In this document: one piece after another, positions 1 to 8,523 of the stretch
Position numbering within the stretch: the first letter of the stretch is position 1
How the letters are laid out: every line of letters starts with the position of its first letter
DNA from: Terriglobia bacterium
GTDB taxonomy: Bacteria > Acidobacteriota > Terriglobia > 2-12-FULL-54-10
NCBI GenBank assembly: GCA_963666975.2
Contig: CAXVYR010000004.1
Coordinates: 1,920,001-1,984,000, forward strand
Direction of reading: 5' to 3'
DNA length: 64,000 nt
Notes under the pieces: generated by a model
The model's database searches: none
Told to the model about the DNA's origin: nothing
The model's input: the letters and a program-made list of their open reading frames with translations, nothing else
Translations under genes and position numbers: made by a program

Positions 1-1356
1 GCCGCGCGGCGCCGCCGTGCAGACAATCCGAAAAGCGTTTTCGCCGGATTCCATCGGAGGAAGGGCCTGGGGCGCCTCCGCAGAAGGCTCCACGGCAGCC
101 AGATGGCCGAGGATATCGTAGATGATACCTTCCGTCCGCGCGGCGGGCGTCTGGAAGTCCCCGCACAAGAATTGCAGTTGGGCGTCCACCTCGTGGAAAT
201 GCCAGGCCAGGCAGGCGCAGAACTCTACGGCGACCTCGAATTGCCGGAGAGCCGTCTCGTCCAGCGACCCGATACGCCGGTCGAAGATCAATTGCAGGCG
301 GCGCTCGTCTTCCCGTGCGAACTCCCGCACCTTCAAGCCGCCGGTGCGGGCCGAGGCCTTCCAGTCCACGTGCCGTGCGCTGTCGGTGGACAGCATATCG
401 CGGATGCTGTACAGGTCGTGCCCACGGCCCCGCTCGAAGGCTTCGATCTCCCCGCTCAGCATCGGGAGAATCTCATAGAACTCTTCGGTCGGCTCCACGG
501 CGGGATAGACCCACAGATCGTGCGAGACCGGCAAGCGCAGCTTCTTTTCGAGAAATCCAAAGGGAAAGCGGGTGCCGAGCGAGAACCCCTTCTCCCGATA
601 CAGTCCTCGTTGCGGGAAGTTTAATTCCACCGGCTGAGTGACTGCACGGGCGGCCGGCAAGAAAGAAAAATAGATAGGTCGCCTTAGAATTTTGCGGCCC
701 GGATCATCTGTTGAAGCCAGATGGGAAGTAGAACTGCCGGGCTCCGGAGAGGACCGCTTTCGTTTCCGCTTCTTTTTCTTTCCGGAATCACCGCCCCCGG
801 TCAGGGTAATCGAGAAGGAAGGGATGAGCTTCTTTTGATTTCTCAGTGTGATGCGCGCCGGAACGGGCCGCCGCGCAAAGACGTGATCCGGCAGCATCAC
901 CTCCAGCCCGACGCCCGTCAGCACCGCCATGGAAAGAAATCCTGACATCAGGATCGCCGCCAGCAGGCTGGCCAGGACCATATACAACAGGTTGTTTCCC
1001 GTATTGAGCCCGGCAATCGCCAGGACCAATATGAGGACGATGAAGGCGATCCCCTCCCGCGTCAGCTTGTAGTCGATGCTGACACGCAACCATCGCAGGC
1101 TGCTGCGCCGTGCCAGGTAGGGGACGGCGGTGATGGCGACGTATCCGGCCAGCAACAATGCCAGCGTGGCGCTGACGGCGGTGGCAACCAGCCGGCCGTC
1201 TTCCCGAAAAATGCGGGAGTAAATCGCCAGCAGGAACGCCACGCCCAAAGCCGCCAGGGAAAAGGCAAACTTCTTCCACCCGGGGCGGTCCAGCCGCTCC
1301 AGATAGCCTCGGTAGATATTTCTTAGCAGGCCGTGCGCAGGATTGCGTTCCACCAT
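1..1356 (-). CDS. DUF58 domain membrane protein (runs off the left edge of the window)
   Basis: Translated by hand; absent from the ORF track because there is no stop in the window. MVERNPAHG..., TM segments, AGLNTGNNLLY, TRFPFGFLEK, RHVDWKASARTGGLKVREF are typical DUF58 motifs. Confidence 0.85.
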   Translation of the reverse strand, partial: MVERNPAHGLLRNIYRGYLERLDRPGWKKFAFSLAALGVAFLLAIYSRIFREDGRLVATAVSATLALLLAGYVAITAVPYLARRSSLRWLRVSIDYKLTREGIAFIVLILVLAIAGLNTGNNLLYMVLASLLAAILMSGFLSMAVLTGVGLEVMLPDHVFARRPVPARITLRNQKKLIPSFSITLTGGGDSGKKKKRKRKRSSPEPGSSTSHLASTDDPGRKILRRPIYFSFLPAARAVTQPVELNFPQRGLYREKGFSLGTRFPFGFLEKKLRLPVSHDLWVYPAVEPTEEFYEILPMLSGEIEAFERGRGHDLYSIRDMLSTDSARHVDWKASARTGGLKVREFAREDERRLQLIFDRRIGSLDETALRQFEVAVEFCACLAWHFHEVDAQLQFLCGDFQTPAARTEGIIYDILGHLAAVEPSAEAPQALPPMESGENAFRIVCTAAPRG

Positions 1357-1426
1357 AAAAGCATACCACCGGAGTGTGACGAGGGGAGCAACTAGACCAT
1401 GATTATTGCTGTAACCCACGCTGCGG

Positions 1427-1477
1427 TGTCATTCCGAGCCCTTCGGCTGCGCTCAGGACAGGCTCCGCGAGGAATCT
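1427..1477. repeat. Palindromic intergenic repeat GTCATTCCGAGC...GCGAGGAATCT with an internal 24-bp unit CCTTCGGCTGCGCTCAGGACAGGC
   Basis: Read directly; relatives of the 24-bp unit occur at 12089-12184. Confidence 0.6.
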
Positions 1478-1578
1478 GCTTGTCAATCGCAACGACATAT
1501 TTGACAAGCCGGAGGGTTTTTTCAACAAGCTTCCGATAGGTTGAATCCACCCGAAAAGTCTCTGCAAGGATTTTGATC

Positions 1579-3027
1579 GAGGGTGTCCCATACATAGTTG
1601 AAGGTTGAACGGCGGTTCGGCCCGAATCGAATAGAATCGGGCCAAGCCTAAATCCTATAGAAGGAGAACCGCCGAATGAAGGGAAAATATCACGTTTTGG
1701 AACTGGGTTCCAAGGGAGCCGAAGAAACCATCCAGAAGTTTTGCCAAACCAACGGACAGATGCTGTTGCCGGTGGTGGATCTGATCACGGAGGCGCGTCT
1801 GGCGGTGGATGAGGTGATTGATCGGGCCGGGCGAGGTTTGATTGAAACGATTCTGAGCATGAGCGCAGAGCAAATCGCGGGGCCAAAGAGTCCCGGGAAG
1901 GCGAGCGGAGAGGTGCGCTGGCATGGCCGGCAATTGGGGAGGGTGAAACTGGCCGATCGCCAGCTGCGGGTGGAGCGGCCCCGGCTGCGCCGGAAGGGCG
2001 GAGGGGAAGAAGCGGTGCCGGCCTACGAAGCACTGCGGAAAAGCGAGAAGACGGGCGAGGAGATGTTCGAGGCACTGTTGAAAGGGGTTTCGACGCGGAA
2101 CTACCGCGAGGTGATCCCGGAGATGGCCAACAGCGCTGGGGTGTCGAAGTCTCAGGTGAGCCGGGAAGCGGCCGAGCAAGGAGCGCGGCGGCTGGAAGAA
2201 CTGTTGGCGCGGCGCTGGGAGGAGGTCGAGATTCTGGTGATTTACCTGGACGGAATGCGGTTCGGCTCCCACCACGTCATCAGCGCCGTGGGCGTGGACA
2301 TCGAGGGCCGCAAGCATGTGCTGGGGATTCAACTGGGCGCGACCGAAAACGCCGCTGCGGTGAAAGACCTTCTCACCCGCCTGCGCCAGCAAGGTCTGCG
2401 CACGGATCAGCGCTATCTGTTTGTGATCGACGGCGCCAAAGCGCTCCGCGCGGGGATCGAGGAAGTATTCGGCAGCAATCAGCTGGTGCAGCGTTGCCGT
2501 ACTCATAAGCTGCGCAACGTGGCTGAGCGGTTACCAAAGGGCGACAAAATGCTGGCGAATCAGGTGCGGTCGCTGATGCGCGCCGCCTGGCGATTGCCCC
2601 AAGCCGAGGAAGGCATCGTGCGCATAAAGAAGCTCGCTGGGATGATCGAGTGCGATCATCCGGCAGCAGCCGCCAGCTTGCGCGAAGGGTTGGAGGAGAC
2701 CTTTACGATCAATCGAGCCGACGTTCCTCCCAGCCTCCACCGCTGCCTGGCAACCACGAACCTCATCGAGAGCCCGCAGTCGGGCGTGCGGAAAAAGACT
2801 GGCAATGTTTGCCGCTGGCGCGACGGCGAGATGACGTTGCGCTGGGTGGCAGGAGCGTTTCTGCTGACCGAGAAGAATTTCCGGAAGATCATGGGTTATC
2901 ACGATCTCTGGGCTTTGGCATCGATTCTCGGCCGAAGTCCAAACGCTGCTTCCTCTCACAAGGAGAAAGTGGCGTAATATGAACTCAACCCGCCGTCCCA
3001 ACCTGCAACTGAGTTTGGGACACCTTC
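1579..3027 (+). mobile_element. IS256-family insertion sequence, copy 1 (1449 bp)
   Basis: Imperfect 22-bp IRs GAGGGTGTCCCATACATAGTTG / CAACTGAGTTTGGGACACCTTC; 8-bp target duplication TTTTGATC (1571-1578, 3028-3035); near-identical copy at 50588-52036. Confidence 0.95.
1676..2977 (+). CDS. IS256-family (mutator-type) DDE transposase
   Basis: 433 aa; GVSTR, YLDG, VIDGAKAL, QRCRTHK, TTNLIES motifs. Confidence 0.95.
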   Translation: MKGKYHVLELGSKGAEETIQKFCQTNGQMLLPVVDLITEARLAVDEVIDRAGRGLIETILSMSAEQIAGPKSPGKASGEVRWHGRQLGRVKLADRQLRVERPRLRRKGGGEEAVPAYEALRKSEKTGEEMFEALLKGVSTRNYREVIPEMANSAGVSKSQVSREAAEQGARRLEELLARRWEEVEILVIYLDGMRFGSHHVISAVGVDIEGRKHVLGIQLGATENAAAVKDLLTRLRQQGLRTDQRYLFVIDGAKALRAGIEEVFGSNQLVQRCRTHKLRNVAERLPKGDKMLANQVRSLMRAAWRLPQAEEGIVRIKKLAGMIECDHPAAAASLREGLEETFTINRADVPPSLHRCLATTNLIESPQSGVRKKTGNVCRWRDGEMTLRWVAGAFLLTEKNFRKIMGYHDLWALASILGRSPNAASSHKEKVA

Positions 3028-3138
3028 TTTTGATCCCTCCGATGTGTTGAATTACAATCCCAACATGGTGACGGAGCCATTTGGGCCGAAAAGAAACCCT
3101 TTTATCACATTTCCCGATTGTGAGACACTAAACGCCGT

Positions 3139-4539
3139 ATGCAAGCTCAACTGAAGCGCTTCTGCGTTGTCGGCCTTCATGACCGACGAACCATTGACGT
3201 CCACATTGAGGATAATAAGCTAATTCTGGTCGGCGAAAACGGCACAGGGAAGAGCACGTTTGCCAACCTGATTTACTTTTTCCTCACTAGACAATGGCGC
3301 CGCTTGCACGAGTATCGCTTTGAAGTCATAGAAGCTTCGCTTGGCGATGTGTTTTTTTCTGTCACCCCTAGTGAAATGGATGCTTACTTCGCCGCTCGAA
3401 AGGAATCTACCGCTCAGAGAAGGTATTTGACTCCATGGCGCCGATCATTTATAAGGCGGATACAAGACTACTCTCTCCAGGAACTGGAGCATGATCAGAG
3501 CCTGATTCGCACGTTCGCTGAGGAAATGGACGTTTCACTAAGCGCAGTAAGAGAATTGATTGACAGCTACTTGGACGACGTAAAAAAGGAACCTACAAAG
3601 CTTCAACAGACCGAAGAAAAGCTTTCGTCGATCATTAAAAGCCAGCTTCTATACCTGCCAACCTACAGGCGAATTGAACAAGAGCTGAGGTCGATTTTTC
3701 GCGGGCTTGACATCGAATCAGATATCAAAAAGTTCCGTATGCGGCTATCTGCGCGGCGCGAAGGCGCTCCGTTTATAGAGCTTGTTGAATTCGGCATGGA
3801 AGACGTAGAGCAGATGATTACAAATAGAATGAGTCAGATCAAGGAAAGTGTCCGAAATGGTTTGGGTAACCTGACGGGCACGTACTTGCGTGAAGTCATT
3901 CGCGGTGTGCACACAAAAGTAGATGTGGTACGTGTTCGAGATATTGATTCAAAGACATTGGACGCAATCTTTGAGCGCATAGACGAAGCAACGCTGCCTG
4001 CGGAGGACAAAGGTCAGCTGAAAGAGAAAGTTGCGACTATTTCGGCGAGACGTGAAATTCATGATCAAGATAAGGTTATCGCCCACTTCCTAGTGAAATT
4101 AGTTGAGCTTTACAAAGATCAGCAACTAAGTGAGAGGGACGTACGGGACTTCGTTGCGCTGTGTAATCAGTATCTGACAGGGAAGGAGATGGTCTACGAT
4201 AATACAAAATATACAATATTCATTCGGCTTGAAATGCAGGATGGCCAGTCTCAAGAACCACTCAAAATGAAACTGCTTTCCTCCGGAGAGAAGCAGATCG
4301 TCTCTCTCTTTGCTCATCTTTATCTCTCAGGAGAGAAGAGCTTTAACGTAGTGATCGATGAACCAGAGTTGTCCCTCTCCGTTCCTTGGCAGCGCAGGTT
4401 CTTGCCGGACATCCTAAAAACAGAATTGTGTCACGGCCTTATAGCTGTGACGCATTCACCTTTCGTGTGGGATAACGAGTTAGAGCCATATGTAAGATCG
4501 CTGGCCGAGTTTACCAAACCTTATCATGAGTCTCATTGA
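3139..4539 (+). CDS. ABC-type/AAA ATPase, PARIS AriA-like
   Basis: Walker A GENGTGKS, long helical insert, signature LSSGEKQ, Walker B VVIDEPE, H-loop VTHSPF; overlaps the downstream DUF4435-like gene; GC visibly lower than the flanks. Confidence 0.8.
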   Translation: MQAQLKRFCVVGLHDRRTIDVHIEDNKLILVGENGTGKSTFANLIYFFLTRQWRRLHEYRFEVIEASLGDVFFSVTPSEMDAYFAARKESTAQRRYLTPWRRSFIRRIQDYSLQELEHDQSLIRTFAEEMDVSLSAVRELIDSYLDDVKKEPTKLQQTEEKLSSIIKSQLLYLPTYRRIEQELRSIFRGLDIESDIKKFRMRLSARREGAPFIELVEFGMEDVEQMITNRMSQIKESVRNGLGNLTGTYLREVIRGVHTKVDVVRVRDIDSKTLDAIFERIDEATLPAEDKGQLKEKVATISARREIHDQDKVIAHFLVKLVELYKDQQLSERDVRDFVALCNQYLTGKEMVYDNTKYTIFIRLEMQDGQSQEPLKMKLLSSGEKQIVSLFAHLYLSGEKSFNVVIDEPELSLSVPWQRRFLPDILKTELCHGLIAVTHSPFVWDNELEPYVRSLAEFTKPYHESH

Positions 4540-5549
4540 CGATCTCCGGCAATCAAGGTCAAGCCGAGTATCAGTACTCCACGAGTTTTGGACTCAGTAT
4601 GATCCTGGCCAAAAGAGAGTACACGTCTTCTTTGAGGGCCACGATGATCTTGCATTTTACAGACCCTTCATCGAGCAACAAATGGCTGTCGGGGGTCGGC
4701 TTGTTCCGTACCGCTGCGGTGGGAAGCGGGGTGTTTACGAGGCATTTGACGGGATTACACAGCGGAACCCTGCTATTAGGGGTGTTCTGTTTTTTGTTGA
4801 TTAAGGATGTTGATGATATTTTGGGGAAGCCATGGCCAACAGATCCACGGATTTTTGTTACAGATGTGTACTCAATTGAAAACTATCTAGTATCGCGGGA
4901 CAGTTTTATACGTTTTTGCCAAGAGGCCGTTCGTTTAGGTGATGTCGGGTTTCAGCTGCATAGTCCGCTACTGGATCGATTTGACGAACAACTTAGTCGC
5001 TTTCAGCGCCTCATCATCCCCCTTATGGCATGGGTTGTTACGATGCGAAGGGAGGGCCAGAGGCCTATTTTGACAAACATCAACCTCGGCGAGTTTTTTG
5101 AGATTGATGTCGAATGTTCGGTTCGCCTTAGGCCGTGCAAGGGGGTTGAATATTTGAACCGTGTCGCTGGTGTCAGATGGCCTAGAGATTATTGGCGGCG
5201 GGTTTTGTCAACGTCTAGGGAACTGAACAGGATGCCTCCCAAGAGGGTGATACGAGGGAAGTTCGAAGCATGGTTTTTTGTGGAGTTTTGGAAGAAATCA
5301 ATACGCAAAATTCAAGAATTGGCAAGGGAAGGCAATGCAAGAGCAACCATTCGGCTGCAACTTGAGCATGCAAATTTCATTGTGGTCTTAGCAGGAAGAA
5401 TGAACGTTCCGCGTTCCCTGGAGTTATTTCTGGTGCAAAATCTTCGAGTGCCGGCTACACCCGAAGCAAGTGTGCCAGTAGAAGCGGCGGTTGTCGGTGG
5501 CTGGGCAGCCAAAGTACTGCGATCCATAAGACGGTTTTTTTCAGGGTGA
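4526..5549 (+). pseudogene. DUF4435/TOPRIM-like nuclease, PARIS AriB-like, split by a +1 frameshift at about 4801
   Basis: ORFs 4526-4804 (FFEGHDD) and 4536-5549 (KDVDD, YSIENYL, IRGK) join as VDKDVDD (340 aa) if one T of GATTAAG is removed. Confidence 0.75.
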
Positions 5550-5722
5550 AGCTTTCGATTTGCGAAGCATGCTGTTAATTTCAAATGCGGTATTAGGTGC
5601 ACACGAGAGCTGAAGTCGATGTGCAAAAACCATGTAGTTTTGCTTGGAAGGAACTGTTTGGCTTGTCGCTTTAGGTTTTCAATCGATTCCGTGGCTACTC
5701 CCCCGTGGGAGCTTTTGGCACA

Positions 5723-7717
5723 CTACCGGGCAGCGAGGCTGGGGCTGTCTTCAGACCGTGCGACCTTCACGCCGCTGAGGCTGTCCGCATACTCCTCGAT
5801 CCCGGCGTAGAGCGCCTCGGCGATCTTCTGCCGGTGCTCGTCGGTGCGCAGCAGCTTTTCGTCCTGCGGGTTGCTGAGGAAGGCCACTTCGGCAAGCACG
5901 GAAGGCATGTTGGCGCCGATGAGAACCACGAAGGGAGCTTTCTTCACCCCTCGATTTTTCATCCGCTGCGTGCCGTTGCCGATATTTTTCCACAACGCCG
6001 ACTGGACGCGAATGGCAAACTCCTTGGACTCGCCCATCTTTTCCTGCTGCGCGATCCTTTGCACCAGGTCCTGCAACTGGTAGATCGATTCCTGTGAAAC
6101 CGCGTTTTCCCGCGCGGCCACTTCCAAGGCCTCCGCGTCGGTGGTGAAATTCAAATAGTAGGTTTCAATGCCCCGCGCGCTCCGGCTCCGGCTGGAGTTG
6201 GCGTGGATGGAGATGAACAGGTCGGCTCGTTTTTCGTTTGCGATAGCGGTCCGCGTTTCCAGCGGAACGAAGCTGTCGTCCTCGCGCGTGTAGAGGACCT
6301 CGCTGCCCAGGCGCTCGACGATCAGCGGCCCAAGCCGCTGGGCTACATCAAGGACCAGTTCTTTCTCTTGCAGGCCGGAAGGGCCGATCGTGCCCGTGTC
6401 ACGCCCTCCGTGTCCCGGATCGATTGTGATCCTGGCGATCTTCAGCCCCAGGGCGCGGATCAGCGAATGGGAGCCGTCGCCGTTGGGCTTCGCCGTCTGG
6501 ATTTTTCCAAAAACCGGCTCTGCCGTGGCCACAGCATTTTCGGACGCTCCGGCAGGCGCTGCCGTCTCCGCCGCCGAGGCGAAAAGTTCCTCCCGGATTT
6601 CTTCCGAAGAAGCAACGCCGTCGCTGCGGGCATTGCCGCCCGGCCCGGCAAGCGGCGTTTGCGCCTGAGCATCAGCTATCTGAACATCTGCCACCTGAAC
6701 ATCAGGCAGGCCGTTCCCTTGACCCCCTTGGCTCCCTTCGCCGTGGATGTCAACCACTAGGCGATAGGGGTTCGGCAACTCAAAGACGGAATAGTCGGTG
6801 ATATTGCCCAAGTCCAGAACCACGCGGGAAACGCCCGTGCGATTGGGAGCGATCCGCACCTGCTTCAACAATCCGTAATCCACAGGAAAACTCTTGCCGG
6901 AAACGGCCGGATCGATTTCGGTATCCTGCAGATCGAAATAGATCCTGTCCGGGTTGACCAGCCTGCCGATCCGGTACTTCACTTTCTCTTCCACGTCAAT
7001 CACGACGCGCGTGTAATCGGGCGTGGCCCAGTGACGGATGTTGGTCACCAGCGGCCTGCCGCTCGAACTTTTGCGGCGGCTGCCTCCGCTGGCAAAATTC
7101 CTGGCTACGGAAACCGCCTGTTCCCGGGTGGCCAGCCCTTGCTTGATTGCGCGGACGGCCTCGCGGGCCTGCTGAACCATCTGGTGCCGGGGATATCTTT
7201 TCAGGTACAGCTCGAACTGTTGCAGCGCTTCTTCCGGCTGCCCTAACTCTTCCCGGTAAATCCGGCCGATGGTCAAAAGGGCGTTGTGGCGATAACGGCT
7301 GTGAGGATACTCCTCCAGCAGATATTCATAGGCGCCGATCGCGGAATGGAGGTATTTTTTGTTGTCCAGCCGCCGGGCCATCTCCTCATAGATTTCACCC
7401 ATCACCGTCAGGCTCTTGGCATTGTTCTGATAGGTGGGCGCAGCGTAATAGACGCGGCGGAAAGCGCGGATCACCCCTTCATAGTCCTTCTGGCTGCGTT
7501 TTTCTACAGGCTTCTCTAGCAGGGCTTCCTGAGCCTTTGTTGCCCTCTCAAAGTAAACCTTGGCCTGCTGAATTTTCTGGGCCGTGGTGTGCGCCAACCC
7601 GGACAACGGAGCAAGAAAAAGCCCCGCTAGCAAAAGGACCCGCAACACGGAAAGCCTCGCGTGGCGGAGGCTCCCTCCAGGCAAGCAAAAACTTCGGGTT
7701 GGGTTCAGATGCGTCAT
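5723..7717 (-). CDS. N-acetylmuramoyl-L-alanine amidase (TPR-like + AMIN + Amidase_3)
   Basis: IDPGHGGRD, EKELVL, FISIHAN, SVLAEVAFLSN; AMIN-like YTRVVID...RLVVD; N-terminal signal sequence. Confidence 0.92.
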   Translation of the reverse strand: MTHLNPTRSFCLPGGSLRHARLSVLRVLLLAGLFLAPLSGLAHTTAQKIQQAKVYFERATKAQEALLEKPVEKRSQKDYEGVIRAFRRVYYAAPTYQNNAKSLTVMGEIYEEMARRLDNKKYLHSAIGAYEYLLEEYPHSRYRHNALLTIGRIYREELGQPEEALQQFELYLKRYPRHQMVQQAREAVRAIKQGLATREQAVSVARNFASGGSRRKSSSGRPLVTNIRHWATPDYTRVVIDVEEKVKYRIGRLVNPDRIYFDLQDTEIDPAVSGKSFPVDYGLLKQVRIAPNRTGVSRVVLDLGNITDYSVFELPNPYRLVVDIHGEGSQGGQGNGLPDVQVADVQIADAQAQTPLAGPGGNARSDGVASSEEIREELFASAAETAAPAGASENAVATAEPVFGKIQTAKPNGDGSHSLIRALGLKIARITIDPGHGGRDTGTIGPSGLQEKELVLDVAQRLGPLIVERLGSEVLYTREDDSFVPLETRTAIANEKRADLFISIHANSSRSRSARGIETYYLNFTTDAEALEVAARENAVSQESIYQLQDLVQRIAQQEKMGESKEFAIRVQSALWKNIGNGTQRMKNRGVKKAPFVVLIGANMPSVLAEVAFLSNPQDEKLLRTDEHRQKIAEALYAGIEEYADSLSGVKVARSEDSPSLAAR

Positions 7718-7726
7718 CCGATGCGT

Positions 7727-8416
7727 CTAAGGAATATCCGTATTGCTGAAATGCACGATTCCCCTGCTGTCCACAAACTTCATAATTTCCGGCGCCCCGC
7801 GGTTCTGCCGATCCAGCGGATAGATTTGGGAGATCTTACGCAAGTAATTGCGCGTCTCGCGGAAGGGGGGCACGCCGTTATACCGGCTGACCGCGTTTTC
7901 GCCGGCGTTGTAGGCCGCCAATGCCAGCTCCAGGTCTCCGTCGTACAGGTCCATCAGATGCTTCAAATAACGGATTCCGCCTTCCAGGTTCGCTCGCGGA
8001 TCAAAGGCGTCCCGAACGCCGAACCGCCGCGCCGTGGCAGGAATCAATTGCATCAATCCCTGCGCGCCACGGGAGGAAACCGCATACGGGTTGTAGTTGG
8101 ATTCCACGCGGACAATGGCACGGACCAAATCAGGATCAACCTGATGCCGGCTGGCCGACCGTTGGATCAATTGGTCCAGGTCCGACTGATCTGCCGTACG
8201 AGCTTGGCCGGAAGTCGCCGGAGTCTGCTGGGGGGTGGAAGGATTCCGTGCTTGGTTGACGAACACGACCCGCCCGCGCGAATCGAGATAGGCCGCGATG
8301 CGGTCGGCAGCGTGCGCCGCCGGGAGAAAAGCACATCCCATGCCGACGAGCGCTGCCGGCAAACCGATCAGAAATCTTATGCTGGTCTTCTTGCTGTTGG
8401 TCTGGACAAGCGCCAT
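7727..8416 (-). CDS. Lytic transglycosylase (SLT domain)
   Basis: VESNYNP, GAQGLMQL, AAYNAG, ETRNY motifs. Confidence 0.92.
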   Translation of the reverse strand: MALVQTNSKKTSIRFLIGLPAALVGMGCAFLPAAHAADRIAAYLDSRGRVVFVNQARNPSTPQQTPATSGQARTADQSDLDQLIQRSASRHQVDPDLVRAIVRVESNYNPYAVSSRGAQGLMQLIPATARRFGVRDAFDPRANLEGGIRYLKHLMDLYDGDLELALAAYNAGENAVSRYNGVPPFRETRNYLRKISQIYPLDRQNRGAPEIMKFVDSRGIVHFSNTDIP

Positions 8417-8523
8417 GCGAACCTTTTTTCCTCAATAACTGCCTGTCGTGTTTCCTGTGCCCGTCAGAGGGGAGCCGGACCCGCTTCCGCGCCGCTCCCC
8501 AAAGGCGCACGAAACGCTTAAAA

